From an uncultured Chloroflexia bacterium (GTDB taxonomy: Bacteria; Chloroflexota; Limnocylindria; QHBO01), in NCBI GenBank assembly GCA_963799675.1, contig CAWCXQ010000011.1, positions 21,043 to 85,042 on the forward strand: a stretch of 64,000 nt of DNA, read 5' to 3'. This document shows positions 62,976-64,000 of this stretch, one piece after another; the first letter of the stretch is position 1, and each line of letters begins with the position of its first letter. The position numbers and the translations under genes are program-made. The notes under the pieces were generated by a model. That model saw nothing but the letters and a program-made list of their open reading frames with translations, was not told the origin of the DNA and made no database searches.

Positions 62976-63470
62976 TCACGAGCTCAGAGTGGGTGATGTC
63001 GAGGTCATCTCCTTGATCAGCCATTTGCCGCCGATGCGGGCGACCTGCTGCTGTGCGCCCACGGCTACCACCACCACCTTGTTCTGGACGTCGATGTAAT
63101 GGCACTCGAAGTAGAGCGTCCCGACATCGCCAGTGACCGTGGACTTGAGCTTGTAGGCGGGGGTATCCGAGAGCCAATGATTCTCCGGCCTGAACGGCGC
63201 GGCCTTGTTCGCGAACAGGTTTCGGATCTCGTCCTTCCCCGAGTACGTCTGGCCACCGATGGTGGCCACGGCGTCATCCGCGAAGAGCGACATCATCATG
63301 TCGACGTCGTGGGTCGAGGCCGCTTTGTGAAACGTGACCTCGATCTGGTCGATGTTGTAGAGGTCCACTTGCTTCTGGAGCTCCGCCGTCGCGGAGGCCG
63401 TGCTGCCGCTTCCACCGCATGCGCTGAGCGTTGCCGCCAGCACCAGGCACCCAACGAGGATCCGCGCCAT
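62976..63470 (-). CDS. NTF2-like (SnoaL/DUF4440-type) lipoprotein
   Basis: ATG 63470 is preceded by GGAGGAGG. Lipobox 'LAATLSAC'. 'FHKAASTHDVDMMMSLFADDAV...GGQTYSGKDEIRNLF'. Confidence 0.6.
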   Translation of the reverse strand: MARILVGCLVLAATLSACGGSGSTASATAELQKQVDLYNIDQIEVTFHKAASTHDVDMMMSLFADDAVATIGGQTYSGKDEIRNLFANKAAPFRPENHWLSDTPAYKLKSTVTGDVGTLYFECHYIDVQNKVVVVAVGAQQQVARIGGKWLIKEMTSTSPTLSS

Positions 63471-63779
63471 TACCAGCCTCCTCCGTATTCCAGCTCCGCA
63501 CCCATTGCTGCCGCCCAGAAGGTCGGAGCCGGGCGAATCGGTAGCGTCGCGTCGCTCGGGCGGCCGGTGGCAGAACCATCGGCGGGCACGCCGCGGCGGG
63601 CTCATCGCTGCCCTTCCTTCAGGCGCCCATCATCGTCATCCAGACGCCGAATGCAATATCGGCCAGGTGACATCTAGCCTGTCTGCTGGAGCGCCCCCGC
63701 TCGGAGCCTGTGCGGACTGGCACCGCCATTGCTTATCTCATCGACGTTCCAGCTGTGTCCACCAGGAGAGGAGAACGCC

Positions 63780-63854
63780 GTGTACATCGGTGGCGGAATC
63801 GTCGGGCTGATCCTGCTCATCCTGCTGATCCTGTGGCTGACCGGGAACCTCTAG
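63780..63854 (+). CDS. 24-aa hydrophobic micro-protein
   Basis: GTG 63780 is preceded by AGGAGAGGAG. Own translation: VYIGGGIVGLILLILLILWLTGNL*. Followed by the strong hairpin at 63887..63912. Confidence 0.4.
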   Translation: MYIGGGIVGLILLILLILWLTGNL

Positions 63855-63886
63855 CCCGACCGCTCAGCACATCTCGAGCGCATAGA

Positions 63887-63912
63887 GAAGGCCCCGCCGA
63901 AGCGGGGCCTTC
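63887..63912 (+). terminator. Intrinsic-terminator-like hairpin
   Basis: gaaggccccgc-cgaa-gcggggccttc: a perfect 11-bp stem with a GNRA-like loop, followed by attgct. Confidence 0.6.
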
Positions 63913-64000
63913 ATTGCTGCCGGATTCGCTCATCGCAAGGGCATCTTTCACGCACGGTTTCCCGTACTACCCTTACCCAAACCTACCCATGACCTTGCGA

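Overview
64-kb, very G+C-rich chromosomal segment from a Terrabacteria-like bacterium. Clues are GGAGG-type ribosome-binding sites, hspR, Flp pilins and a sigma-54 enhancer-binding protein; the phylum cannot be resolved without database searches. Content is mostly housekeeping. Map: (1) 1-13.5 kb is an envelope-glycan region. It holds a PIG-V-like mannosyltransferase, two SAM methyltransferases, three tandem flp prepilin genes bracketed by two paralogous mini membrane proteins, a GT-C-like transferase, a UPF0104 flippase-like protein, GT2, and a coupled rmlA-rmlB-rmlD-rmlC-GT4-FAD-oxidoreductase operon. (2) 13.5-20.5 kb holds yggT, pcm, a YtxH protein, a sigma-54 EBP, an MFS transporter, a DUF5317-like protein and a membrane HD-GYP. 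(3) 20.6-24.3 kb is a GC-depressed islet with a long non-coding spacer plus one ~1130-codon MalT-like STAND ATPase ending in a SARP-type wHTH+BTAD module. (4) 24.4-30.5 kb holds folK, a VOC protein, a LuxR-HTH remnant, glpX, purH and a class III cyclase with a TM and beta-propeller-like ectodomain. (5) 30.5-37.2 kb is an hspR-lon-cbpA-clpB operon behind a sigma-70-like promoter that overlaps a perfect HAIR-like inverted repeat. (6) 37.2-42.8 kb holds two TrkA proteins, usp, a phosphoesterase, rsmG next to two DnaA boxes, an unknown protein coupled to hpt, and hpt. (7) 42.9-48.3 kb is livF-G-M-H-J. (8) 48.4-59.5 kb holds GNAT, a NYN-domain protein with a ~300-aa disordered tail, YtxH, holB, acyP, a lipid kinase, dgt, a hydrolase, an ABC-2 exporter, a Zn-ribbon cyclase, an ABM protein and tRNA-Arg(CCG). 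(9) 59.7-63.9 kb holds a histidine kinase-REC-REC/cyclase string, an NTF2-like lipoprotein and a 24-aa hydrophobic peptide. I saw no CRISPR array, rRNA, transposase, integrase or phage genes. Major caveat: at least 20 genes, including purH, glpX and clpB, are interrupted by frameshifts while amino-acid conservation continues across the breaks. This most likely reflects indel errors in the assembly; such genes are typed pseudogene meaning 'frame broken as assembled'. I found no convincing multi-gene novel system. The best candidates for a second look are the STAND-SARP regulator with its spacer, and the orphan flp cassette with its mini-proteins inside a glycosylation cluster. All functional calls rest on motif and architecture recognition by eye, not on searches.
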